A stretch of DNA of 59,600 nucleotides, the filler included, from Stramenopiles sp. TOSAG23-2 (lineage: Eukaryota): the NCBI GenBank assembly GCA_900128395.1. It is 3 parts of 3 records of this genome, joined end to end, with 100 filler letters (N's around TTAATTAATTAA, not from the genome) between each part and the next. Parts side by side here need not be neighbours in the genome. Positions count along the whole stretch, not along the records: positions 1 to 19,855 come from LT649572.1; 2 more parts are not named here. The stretch is one strand, 5' to 3'. The position numbers and the translations under genes are program-made. Within the stretch, counting starts at the first letter, position 1, and each line of letters opens with the position of its first letter. The notes beneath the pieces are model-generated. The model saw only the letters and a program-made list of their open reading frames with translations, had not been told where the DNA came from and did not search any database. Below are positions 9,622 to 19,955 of this stretch, piece after piece.

Positions 9622-10815
9622 ATGCCGTCCATTATATATTATTACACGCATTTATTATTATTATTATTATTATTGATTTTACTAGTTTTAATATCACATG
9701 TGCAATCACTTGTCGTTAATTTAACTCCAAAAACATTTAATACTGTCATACGTAAAAATCAATATGCGCTTATAACATTTTGTGAACCATCTATTGGTCG
9801 TTGTAAAGCATTTATGCCTGAATTTGCAGAGGCAGCAAAGGAGTTAGAAAAGTATAAACCAAAAATACGTTTTGCAAAAATGAATGTTGAAACATATGCT
9901 GAATTTGTTGAAGATAAGGATATATTGAATTATCCAACAATATGGTGGTTTTATAATGGTAAATTTAGCAAAGTATATACAGGTGGCAGAGTGAAAGATA
10001 GTATCGTTGAATGGCTTGTAAAACAAACAAAACAAAATTATGTAAATATAGAAACAATGGATGACTTATCGACATTTAAGTTATTGCATGACGTTGGAAT
10101 TTTTGGCTACTTTCCAGAACAACGATTATCCAATGGAACTGTTGTAAATAATATGAATTTAACCAGATTTAATACAGTTGCACGCAATTTAGAAGTACCA
10201 TTTGGCCGTTTAATAAGCCCTGATGTAATATTAGATGTATTTCATGATAATAAAAAATTATTATTAAATCAAATGGTAGAACAAATGAACGATATTGCAG
10301 ATGTGGAGGTAAATGACAAAAATGATAACAACGACGAGGACAATAATCATAAATTGAAATCAATGATATTATTATATAGACGAGATTTTAAGAAATACAA
10401 TGCAACGTATTTTATAGATCCAATTGAAACATTACAAGAATGGGTATTGAATAATTATTTACCACTTGTTGTTGAATATTCAATGGATACTTCTATTCAA
10501 TTATATAGGACGCATGTTAAATTTCGATTATTTGTTTTATGTGAAAATAATCCTAGTATTTTAGAAGCAATGAGAAAAGCAGCACCATTACATCGTGGAC
10601 AAGTGACATTTATTGCAGTAAAAAAAGATCAAGATCGTTTATTAACATATTTAAATAGTACTAGTGATGATTTTCCATCAGCACATATGACAACAATGCG
10701 TCATTATATTAATCATTATTGGAAATTTGATCGTGAAGATTTTGAAAATCCTGCTGCATATTCAGATTTTATTCAAAGAGCAATGGCAGGAGAATTGGAA
10801 CCTCATTTGTTTTAA
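9622..10815 (+). CDS. Protein disulfide isomerase-like protein (a-b-b' thioredoxin folds) with a non-canonical active site
   Basis: ATG at 9622 (the listed 9559 start is TTG), hydrophobic signal peptide, VVNLTPKTF, FCEPSIGRCKAFMPEFAEAA, YPTIWWF, YTGGR, YLPLVVEY. Confidence 0.85.
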   Translation: MPSIIYYYTHLLLLLLLLILLVLISHVQSLVVNLTPKTFNTVIRKNQYALITFCEPSIGRCKAFMPEFAEAAKELEKYKPKIRFAKMNVETYAEFVEDKDILNYPTIWWFYNGKFSKVYTGGRVKDSIVEWLVKQTKQNYVNIETMDDLSTFKLLHDVGIFGYFPEQRLSNGTVVNNMNLTRFNTVARNLEVPFGRLISPDVILDVFHDNKKLLLNQMVEQMNDIADVEVNDKNDNNDEDNNHKLKSMILLYRRDFKKYNATYFIDPIETLQEWVLNNYLPLVVEYSMDTSIQLYRTHVKFRLFVLCENNPSILEAMRKAAPLHRGQVTFIAVKKDQDRLLTYLNSTSDDFPSAHMTTMRHYINHYWKFDREDFENPAAYSDFIQRAMAGELEPHLF

Positions 10816-11194
10816 AAAAAAAATAAAAAATAAATTGTTGAGGGATAGGGAGGTAGCCTATATTTTTTAACTTTTTACTTTTGTACGAAGTACACACACA
10901 GGAGAGAGTATTTTACACCCCCACAAAATTTATACGGGGGGGAGTATAAATTTTTATTCGCTTTGGTATATAATACGGTGTGTGTACGAAGTACATATTA
11001 ATAATTAATTAAGAAATATTTGTGTTATTTTGAGATACACTCTGGGAGTACACCAACATACCTCTCTACACTACACGGCCCATCGTCTCTCGTCTCATTC
11101 ATTTTTTAAAAAGGTCTCAAATTCCTTCCTATAAGCATATAAGATATTATACGAAATATAAATCAAATAATAATTATACTGACAGAGTGTACCA

Positions 11195-13638
11195 CTACAT
11201 TGTAACATCCAATGCTCCATCAAAACCAGCAAATCTCATATCTATTGAATCGCCTAAACTGCTACTTGTGCTTCTTAAATGTTTTGGTGTTGGTGCCATT
11301 ATATCACTACTATCAATTTCAACGTTTGTGAAATATGATGTATCTTTTGCATCGGTTACATCAGGTACAAATGGAACGACACCTTTTTGAGCACTAAGTT
11401 CTTTCCAATCAATTTCTTGGAAAAAACTTGAATTTTTTATTTCTGCAAAATCATTTTCACTGCCATAACGCTCATTTGGATTTGGTTCAAGTAATTTACG
11501 TATAAATTTCTTTGAAAGTTTTGACATTGCTTCATCTCCTTTTGGCCATTTTATCTCATGGTTTAAAATCTTTTCAAATACTTGATCCGGAGTTTTTGCA
11601 TTAAATGGTGGTACACCAGTAAGCAATTCATAGGTAATAACACCAACGGACCACCAGTCAACTGTAGCATCATGCGGTGCCCCAAGTAAAATTTCTGGTG
11701 CCATATAATCTGGTGTGCCAACCAATCGTTGTCCTTCGGAAGAGCTTGGTCTGCCATTACTATCGATACTACTGGTGGTAGATCGAGGTGTTGACATTTT
11801 TCCTTCATAATTATTACTCGATGAAGTAGATTTTTCTTTCTCCATACTATCATCCTCATCTTCATTATCATTATCGTCCGCATATTTCGATTCTTTCCTT
11901 TTTAACATTCGTTCAATCCTTGGTACCTTGGTCTCACTATTTACATTTGCTATTTTCACTTGTTTACCACTTTTCCCAAGACCAAACTCACTTAATCCAA
12001 AATCAGTTAATTTTATATGACCAGTTCGATCAATCAAAACATTTTCTGGTTTTAAATCACGATGAATGACTCCATTATCATGTAAAAACCCAACTGCTAA
12101 ACTAATTTCAGCGACGTATGGCATTGCAGCATCTTCATCCAAGTAAGATACATTACGTAACAACGCTTGCAAATCGCCACCATTGCAATATTCCATACAT
12201 AAAAATAAAAATGTTCGACTTTGAAATGCTGTATATAACGACACGACAAATGGATGATTGATGCTAGAATGAATTTTACGTTCTGCCAATACTAAATCGA
12301 TATTATTTTTTTGGGACAATTCTGACTTTTTCATAACTTTAATAGCACATAATTTACCTTCTTTCCCATCTTTTTTCTTCTTTGCTCTAGCTAAAAAGAC
12401 TCTACCATATGCACCTTTTCCGATTGGCTTTAATAAATTAAAGTCTTGAATACGTAAACGTTTTTTTCGCAAAAAATCAGTAGCTACGCTTGGCGAGGCA
12501 TATTTTTTTTTATCATTATCATTCATTTTTCTACTTGCTTGTTCATCTGCCATTATTTTTTTTACATGTTCTGCGCGAAATAATTTACGAAAGTGAGATA
12601 AAATAGTCTCATCCTCTTCTACATCTGCATCATTTGTATTACTAATAGCATCATATGAGCGGGGTAATTGAATATCGTTTAATCTTTGTACAGATGCCCA
12701 TAAACGCAAGACATTTGAAATCGCAAATAAAAAAGTAACTGCAGGATTTTTTCGACGTGGAGCAGCTTTACCTTTACCATCTTTTTTGTTTTTCATTTTT
12801 CCAGCAGTTGCAAAAATTGGACGTAAATTTTGCGATGTAGAGACAAATTTTTGCAAATGTGATGATTTTAATTTCCCTGGTGTTAGATTCAAAAATTCAT
12901 CACACATCCTCCCAATTTCCTCAGTTGCTGGATCCATATCATATAACGTTCCTTTTAAAATTCTTAAATCACGATCAGCTTTTTGTTTTGCTATTTCTTG
13001 TTTCTCAGCTAATTCATTTGCTATTTTCATTGCATATCGAAGTTCCTATGATTAATAAAAAAAAAAAAGTGTTGTTTTTGTTAGATAAGATGTGAATAAT
13101 ATATTATTTGCATTTGTGTTTTATATATATATCGATATATAAATATTTGCATCCCTATTTGTCAATAAACAATTTATAAATATATATATCAGGTGTAACT
13201 AACGACTACTCTACACAAAAAGATGGAAGTCTTTCAGAGGTTTAATTTAAGTCTATAATTTTTCATCATTTAATATATATTGTATTATTATTTGTATTGT
13301 AAATTAATAGAGAGAAGTAGTGTATAAATATGATATATATATATATGTGTGTTTGTGTATGTTGGTAAACTTACATTTGGATTACCAGTTTTAAATAATC
13401 TATCATTAACTATTTGTCTACCAGAAGTATGTGATGGAGTCTTGGAACCAAAACTACGATGCCTTGTTGTGCTTGGACCAATAGTATTACTTAAATTATC
13501 ATGACTGGTTTTAATATTCATACCCGACATTTTCTTATTATTATTATTATTATCATTATTTTTCTTATAACCTGCACTACCGTCATTTGATAGTTTCTTT
13601 AAAAATTTTCTTTGATTTGTTGTTGGTGTGTGTGACAT
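11195..13638 (-). CDS. AGC Ser/Thr kinase of the Greatwall/MAST/IRE/Rim15 type; two exons 13638-13375 and 13045-11195, ~704 aa
   Basis: GKGAYGRV, AIKVMKK, HRDLKPEN, DFGLS followed by a long activation-segment insert then LVGTPDYMAPE, DWWSVG, AGC tail (PFVP..DTSYF, FAGF). Phase-0 intron 13374-13046 has GTAAGT, TCTAAC and CATAG, and joins ORF 13288-13638 in frame. Confidence 0.88.
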
Positions 13639-14499
13639 TCTCGTATTTATTTATTACGCAGTATATTCCAAAAGAGAAAAGATCGCGAGGGGGGGTGGGA
13701 GCCACAACACGGTTTTACACTTTACAAAATACAATGTTATGTGAATAATCTCTTTGTACAAAAATTATATTGTATACTACTATTTTCTATTGTTTCATAC
13801 TATTCTTTCTACCACCACCATCACCAGTATAACAAAGTGTTGTTCATTCAATTTGAAAAAAATATATATATATATTTTGTTTGATTGATTGTATAATGGT
13901 ATGCACCTGCTATTAGCATGGATGCTACACGATTCATGATGAGATGAACAAAATAAAAGAAGAAACTGAAACAATGACATTTAGATATCGTTAGTATACC
14001 AATTTTATACTTTTATTATACCTATCTATCATATACTCAAACCCTCGGAAACTCGAGTACTTTTGTACATCTCTCATATACTCAAACCAACTCGAAACTC
14101 AAAGTACTTGTACATCATCTCATATCATATTATATTTTAGTGTACATACTAATACAGTCGATCAGATCTACTAATAACTATCATAGCCTTTTATTTTCAT
14201 ACTCAGTTAGAAAGATTATACATAATTTTAGAAAAGGTGACAGAGCAACAAGGTGGTGGGAAAACTTGGGGAAAAAAGTACACATATGTTGCACATCAAT
14301 ATAGTCTGGTGTAAATATTACGTATATATAACATATTAATACCGAAGTTTTATGATATATATTGTATACCAAGTCGTAACATATATTTATTTTTTTTTAT
14401 TTTATCATTAATAAATAAGAGTCTCATATTTTTATTATATATCATACGAACGGTTCGTATCATATGATTTTTGATGATACACTTTTTCTCTCTGGATTT

Positions 14500-17400
14500 T
14501 CAACCTTTCGTCTCTTCATCGCTACTGGTTTCGTCTTCGCTACTATCCTCCAAAGTTGCTCTAGCATGTTCACTCCCAAGACGTTTATTTTTTTGTAACT
14601 CCTTCAATTTGCGCATTAATTGTATAGATACTAAACTTAACAGTGTTGCTGCTAGTATCGAATATTCCGCCATTTCATATTCCACTGTAATCATATTGGC
14701 ATTACCAGGTGGAAAACTAAAACCGCACGTGCGGGGATCTTCCACGCATAAACCTTCACAATCATCACATTCTTGAATTAACCAAGTATATCCCTTTACA
14801 GTACGCTTTGTCATTTGCTTTTCATCTTGTTGACCAACAACTTTGCATTTTTGTTCGTTGTTCACCGGATTTCCATCAATATCTTTAAATATACGGCGGC
14901 AACGGCCAAAATGCCATTTGTAATCGCCATCTGGTACCTCATCTTTTACGTAATATTTTAAATGCCTACCTTGATGGTGCAATGGAGTATGTCGAAATGC
15001 CCATGGGTTCCCATCTAAATCAGCACCACCTTTTTCCACCCAATATTTACACCATTTTTCACCATCGGGATGGTTAAAACCGAGTTCATTACCGTTGCCA
15101 TCAGTCAAATTCCAAAACCACATCAATCTACCACCAATTTCGCCGCCAAATTGACGAGTTTTTAATTCCCGATATTCTTCTTCAAAAAATGGATAATTAC
15201 GTGCTAACTGATTCATCCTAACAGCAGCAGGTTTTCGAACTTTCAACCCGGCTGGTAAATACCATTCACACGTTCCACTTGTATTTTCATATACCACGCC
15301 CCACAAACATAATGCGAAGGATAGAGACATCATTGGATCCGCGCGTCCATATGAAACGCCAATAATTACAAACGTAAATACCCACAAAACCAATGTGCTC
15401 CATCCTTGTTCAACCCAATCTCCTATGTATAGATATACATAATCAGAAGCACTTACAATGTAATGACTAGTTGATAAAATTGCCATAAATGATACTAATC
15501 CAATATAAAATGACAATGGTAAATGTAAGAGATAAAATTCTAATGGTGACGTGTATTCATTCTTTCTTGAAAGTTTTCTTAAAATACGACGCCATTTAAC
15601 TTCACGTTTTACTTCATCCCAGTGAACATGTTTTTCTAAAAACTCTTCATGCTCACGATCTATATCATCTTGACTAACCTCTGCTATGTATTGGGGAAAT
15701 GCACCGCTTTTTTTATATAATTTCACTAATGAGTAAAGCAATGCATAACATGATAGTAAGGAACACCAATATACTCGAAATAAAAAGAATAATAAAAAGC
15801 ATATGTTGAAGAAACAAGAGTACATGAAGTAATTTCCAATCCCAGTAATCCAGCGTTGATATGCCAGTACAGTAAGTTGCCACTTGTGTAAACGAGGAAT
15901 TTTGATGAATGTATTACACATGGGCAAACGTATGTATTCCCATTCTGTTTGTGGACCACGTATCATCAAAACTTGCTGTAAATCTTTATCTTTTTTTTGA
16001 TGATAGGCCCTGGAGCGTAACAAAGATTCATGCGGAAGCAATTGTATAAGCACCCAGCATCCTATCCATGCATAAATAATGAAAAACATTTTAAAAGTTG
16101 CATGGTGGGGCATAATTGTAAGAGATGCTTTGTACAAGGCAAGGTTCCCTTCTGGTGCATCGAGATCGCGTGCAACTAATCCGCAAGTTCGATGATTCAA
16201 TGGCGGGGTCCCTTTCATTCCAAGCATACGATATCCCCATGGCGCGGCTAATAAATTGATAACGATCATTGCAAAATACAACGTTGCATTGCCAAATTGT
16301 TTCACTACCGTAAATGTGACAACCAAACGTTGCCTCCATAACGGTTTGTAAAACATTCTAATAACTAAAGCGCTTAAAGATGTAATAGAAAGACATGCTA
16401 AAATTGCAGCGAATAAAAACGTGAAAACCATCAGCCAAAAGCTTCCACCCAGTTTCACCTCCGCTGTCAAAACTCCTAAGGATCTATATTGATTCCATTG
16501 TGCAGCGGAAATAGACAAAAAGCACAACGACATTGTTAATCCGAATACTAAATCAGAGCGATAAAATATAATGTACACAGTCAACCAGCTTAAACCAAGA
16601 ACCATGACTATGGCCCATTCAAATTGCCATCCAAAACCATTCCATTCATATTTTTTCAATGCCGAAGCGATAGTCACGACTAAGTTAAAAGACATCCAAG
16701 ACATCATGAACGACAGAGGGGACCATACGAAAATGCGTTCTTTATACGTCAATCGACCAGTTGAACGTACACCAACTTCTAAACGCTTGTATGTAAATGC
16801 AAGCATCGCAACAGCTAATCCAAGTATCATGCTTGCATAAATTAGATATTCATTTTGCCATAACAATAAAAATGTACCAAGTAACATATTATGCATTGCT
16901 ATCGATGTTTCAACACGTGAAATAATACCTTGTTGCGATTTAAGACCGGAAGGTAAACTTAACGTCATGACTAATACGCCGTTTAGAACTATGTAAGTTC
17001 TCCACATACTCATAAAGCTTGTATGTGGGCTTATGTATGTCGTATATTTTCTAAATACATCCCCACATGTCTGCCCACCCAAATAGCTACCCCTTGCAAA
17101 GGTAACTGAAAGTAACATTGCGATGTATGTCAATATGTTTAACATTTGATAAACTTGTCCCATCCAACGTCGAACCACATGTCGTTTTACATCAACATGT
17201 CGCTCAATCCAAATTGGTTGTCGTATAAAATCTGGTAATACAGCAGTAAGGTGAGTGCCGTTGGTCATATTGCTTAAACGTATTAAATAAGCAGTAGTAG
17301 GACGGAGCTCATCCGACTCAGATTGACCTAAAAAAATCGCACATGTATGTATTGCACATTTCAAACCATCCGTTGGAAAATGGTCTAAATATTTTCGACG

Positions 17401-18699
17401 CTGTACATTTACATCAAACAAATGATTTTCTAAAATATCTGGTGGTTCATTACATACAAAGTAAATATGATCTAATTTCTCGTAATTATCTATATCAAAA
17501 ATGTAATCAAATAGGCCATCTTCTAAAGCTGAATGGCCACGAGTCTTTAAATTTCTTAAAAATTCGCAACATTCATCAACATTTTGATCGTTTACCCGGC
17601 GTAGCCCCCGTTTGCTCCAACTGGAAAATGTTGCACCATATACAATCACATCAAAATAACAATATTCACTTAATTGTTCCTTCAATATTCTACATAAATC
17701 CCGTATCATGAATCTAAATCGATCAATTCGTTCATTTTGTGTAGTAACGAATTGAATATCCATATTTGATATGGTTGGTATAACAAAAATCATACGTTTT
17801 CCTTGAATTTTACCAAATATAGCGGATCGTGGATATGTACACATATTAATCAATTTTTTCTCCATTACCTTATGTGCAAATGATCCTTTTTCAAAAAAAA
17901 ATGCTATCTCCAATGCAATCCATCTATTTTCTGTATCTATTAAAAAATCTAACATTTCCTCAAATATTTCAAAACGAGCAGTAACATCTTTAATTCTTTT
18001 TAATAAAAATCCAGTTTCTTTACATGTAAAACCAGTAACATTGTATCGTAATAAATGTAACATTTGAATAAACTTATCTTTCTTGTATATCCATTTCAAC
18101 AACAATTTTGTAGCTTGCTTATGATTCATTATTTCACAATGTGTAGAAACACTTTGTGATACTACAGTTACCTGGTCTGTACTAAACCTAGAATTTTTCA
18201 ACATGGAATCAATTTCACGTACATGTTCCGTCTTTTTAGCTCTTAAATTTCTAACAATCATTGGAGGTATTTTCATGCTATTTTTATCCGGTTCTTTATC
18301 AAATGACATGTCTAATATATATTCTTTTACATATGACCTAGTAGCAACACTGAATATGTTTAATAAAGTGTATTTTTGCTTTACACCTGTTAAACTTAGT
18401 AAAAAAATTTCTAATATTTCAATGCGTTCACTTTCAGTCTTGCATAATTTAGCAAATGTATTGAATTGCTCTATTGAAAAAATTTTAGTTGTACATAGAC
18501 ATCGAAATATTGAAAACTTTTCTCTCAACGTTTCCGCTTTTAATATAATATTCCATATTGATTTCATCTCATCATGCGTCACCAAAGTTGGATGCTTATC
18601 CTTTTCGTTAGATTTAATGTCTTTCTTACGAGCTTTAACTAATACTTTGAATAAGTCATCTGAGTATTTGCCCATAAGGGCTTCCCGCGTAGTAGCCAT
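14500..18699 (-). CDS. 1399-aa protein: helical N-terminal repeats (DUF4476-like), degenerate vWA domain, duplicated multi-TM module (TspO/tryptophan-rich-sensory-like), Cys/Trp-rich loop and a final TM helix
   Basis: Long intact ORF. vWA-like GKRMIFVIPTISNM...FDVIVYG...HIYFVCNEPP. Two homologous TM blocks (ISPHTSFMSMW / IMPHHATFKMF; PLSFMMSW / PLSFYIGL; RSDLVFGL / RADPMMSL). Confidence 0.75.
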   Translation of the reverse strand: MATTREALMGKYSDDLFKVLVKARKKDIKSNEKDKHPTLVTHDEMKSIWNIILKAETLREKFSIFRCLCTTKIFSIEQFNTFAKLCKTESERIEILEIFLLSLTGVKQKYTLLNIFSVATRSYVKEYILDMSFDKEPDKNSMKIPPMIVRNLRAKKTEHVREIDSMLKNSRFSTDQVTVVSQSVSTHCEIMNHKQATKLLLKWIYKKDKFIQMLHLLRYNVTGFTCKETGFLLKRIKDVTARFEIFEEMLDFLIDTENRWIALEIAFFFEKGSFAHKVMEKKLINMCTYPRSAIFGKIQGKRMIFVIPTISNMDIQFVTTQNERIDRFRFMIRDLCRILKEQLSEYCYFDVIVYGATFSSWSKRGLRRVNDQNVDECCEFLRNLKTRGHSALEDGLFDYIFDIDNYEKLDHIYFVCNEPPDILENHLFDVNVQRRKYLDHFPTDGLKCAIHTCAIFLGQSESDELRPTTAYLIRLSNMTNGTHLTAVLPDFIRQPIWIERHVDVKRHVVRRWMGQVYQMLNILTYIAMLLSVTFARGSYLGGQTCGDVFRKYTTYISPHTSFMSMWRTYIVLNGVLVMTLSLPSGLKSQQGIISRVETSIAMHNMLLGTFLLLWQNEYLIYASMILGLAVAMLAFTYKRLEVGVRSTGRLTYKERIFVWSPLSFMMSWMSFNLVVTIASALKKYEWNGFGWQFEWAIVMVLGLSWLTVYIIFYRSDLVFGLTMSLCFLSISAAQWNQYRSLGVLTAEVKLGGSFWLMVFTFLFAAILACLSITSLSALVIRMFYKPLWRQRLVVTFTVVKQFGNATLYFAMIVINLLAAPWGYRMLGMKGTPPLNHRTCGLVARDLDAPEGNLALYKASLTIMPHHATFKMFFIIYAWIGCWVLIQLLPHESLLRSRAYHQKKDKDLQQVLMIRGPQTEWEYIRLPMCNTFIKIPRLHKWQLTVLAYQRWITGIGNYFMYSCFFNICFLLFFLFRVYWCSLLSCYALLYSLVKLYKKSGAFPQYIAEVSQDDIDREHEEFLEKHVHWDEVKREVKWRRILRKLSRKNEYTSPLEFYLLHLPLSFYIGLVSFMAILSTSHYIVSASDYVYLYIGDWVEQGWSTLVLWVFTFVIIGVSYGRADPMMSLSFALCLWGVVYENTSGTCEWYLPAGLKVRKPAAVRMNQLARNYPFFEEEYRELKTRQFGGEIGGRLMWFWNLTDGNGNELGFNHPDGEKWCKYWVEKGGADLDGNPWAFRHTPLHHQGRHLKYYVKDEVPDGDYKWHFGRCRRIFKDIDGNPVNNEQKCKVVGQQDEKQMTKRTVKGYTWLIQECDDCEGLCVEDPRTCGFSFPPGNANMITVEYEMAEYSILAATLLSLVSIQLMRKLKELQKNKRLGSEHARATLEDSSEDETSSDEETKG

Positions 18700-19803
18700 G
18701 ATGAATTACAGGACGCGCTATATGTGTGTGTGTCTTTGTGTGAATGTGTAAAAATTTGGAAACTGGTAATGAAAGAAAGAAATATTCTTGCGTTAAAAAC
18801 ATATGTATATCATCTGTATTTAGTAGTTAGGTTATGTATTTACACTAACTAAAAATGCTGCTGTCACAACAACAACAATAATCATCAAATGAATTTTTTT
18901 TTTGCATTTGCACGTGCACGTTTTTTTGCTCATCCCTAAATTTTTCATCGCTTTTTCTCATGCTATAGCCTGCTATTAATTTATTTTAAGTATATTTGTT
19001 GATCATGTAATATTGTATACAATTCCAGTATCATTATTTCATGTAAATATATATATATATATTCCTTAAATTGTTGTTTTTCATCGGAAGTGCGTTGTCA
19101 CGCTCTGTTTTTGTAAAGTTTAAAAGCTCAAAATCCTGTTGTGCACCCTTCGCTGCCATACTATATGCGAATAGCATAGCGGGGTTTCCTGAGCCGCCTC
19201 GTAGTGCACCCTCTCGAAAGACGAAAGCTTAGTGTCCGTCCATCAGCAAGAAGTATTTTACATGTCGTCGATAAATGTGTCGTTCTGTCCAGCTGGGCCA
19301 GCCCTAAGGCCAGCTGTGTCGCTGTGTCCACCTGTAAAAAAGCAAAAAACTGATTCTGGTGATGTAGAAGGGCTGAGAACTCAGTTGCCAATGCTATTTC
19401 CATGTACGTAAATACCTTGTAAATTCGACGAAGATTCAATTTTTCTTCAAGTGTTGATTTTCGGTCCAATGTATCGACTAAAAACTAGATAATTCCACTC
19501 AAAATACCGCTTAGTATATGGAAAACCATACTTAATACTTTCTTATAAAGTACAATTGTTTGGTTGGATTTCGATTTTTTGTGGTAAGCGCAGAGTTACA
19601 TTTTTAATAACACTATTCACTATAAGAAAAAATATATATTTTTACCCTTGGTCACACAAATAAATTAGTATATAGAAAGAAAAAGAAGGTAACAAAAGAT
19701 TTATGTTTATTGTATGTTGTTTTTATTTTTTAATTCAATTACAAAATAGACACGATATATTATTTCTTAGACGAATAAAGCTAGCTACATACATCAAGTG
19801 TGT

Positions 19804-19838
<35 letters not shown>

Positions 19839-19855
19839 ATCAATATCTTTTTAAA

Positions 19856-19955
19856 NNNNNNNNNNNNNNNNNNNNNNNNNNNNNNNNNNNNNNNNNNNNT
19901 TAATTAATTAANNNNNNNNNNNNNNNNNNNNNNNNNNNNNNNNNNNNNNNNNNNN
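19856..19955. other. Artificial contig-joining linker (N44-TTAATTAATTAA-N44)
   Basis: Exactly 100 nt with a six-frame stop cassette, identical to the linker at 39752-39851. Confidence 0.97.

Noticed and set aside
14030-14125. Imperfect ~45-bp tandem repeat (CATATACTCAAAC...)
   Set aside because: Two degenerate copies in intergenic DNA; an ordinary local duplication with no further structure.
19161-19469. 102-aa ORF in a GC-richer intergenic patch
   Set aside because: It has a TTG start and no recognisable motifs. The patch may be a repeat remnant, but I found no termini or second copy to support that.
19856-19955. TTAATTAATTAA palindrome within N runs as a biological element
   Set aside because: The identical 100-nt cassette occurs twice and encodes stops in all frames; it is a concatenation linker.
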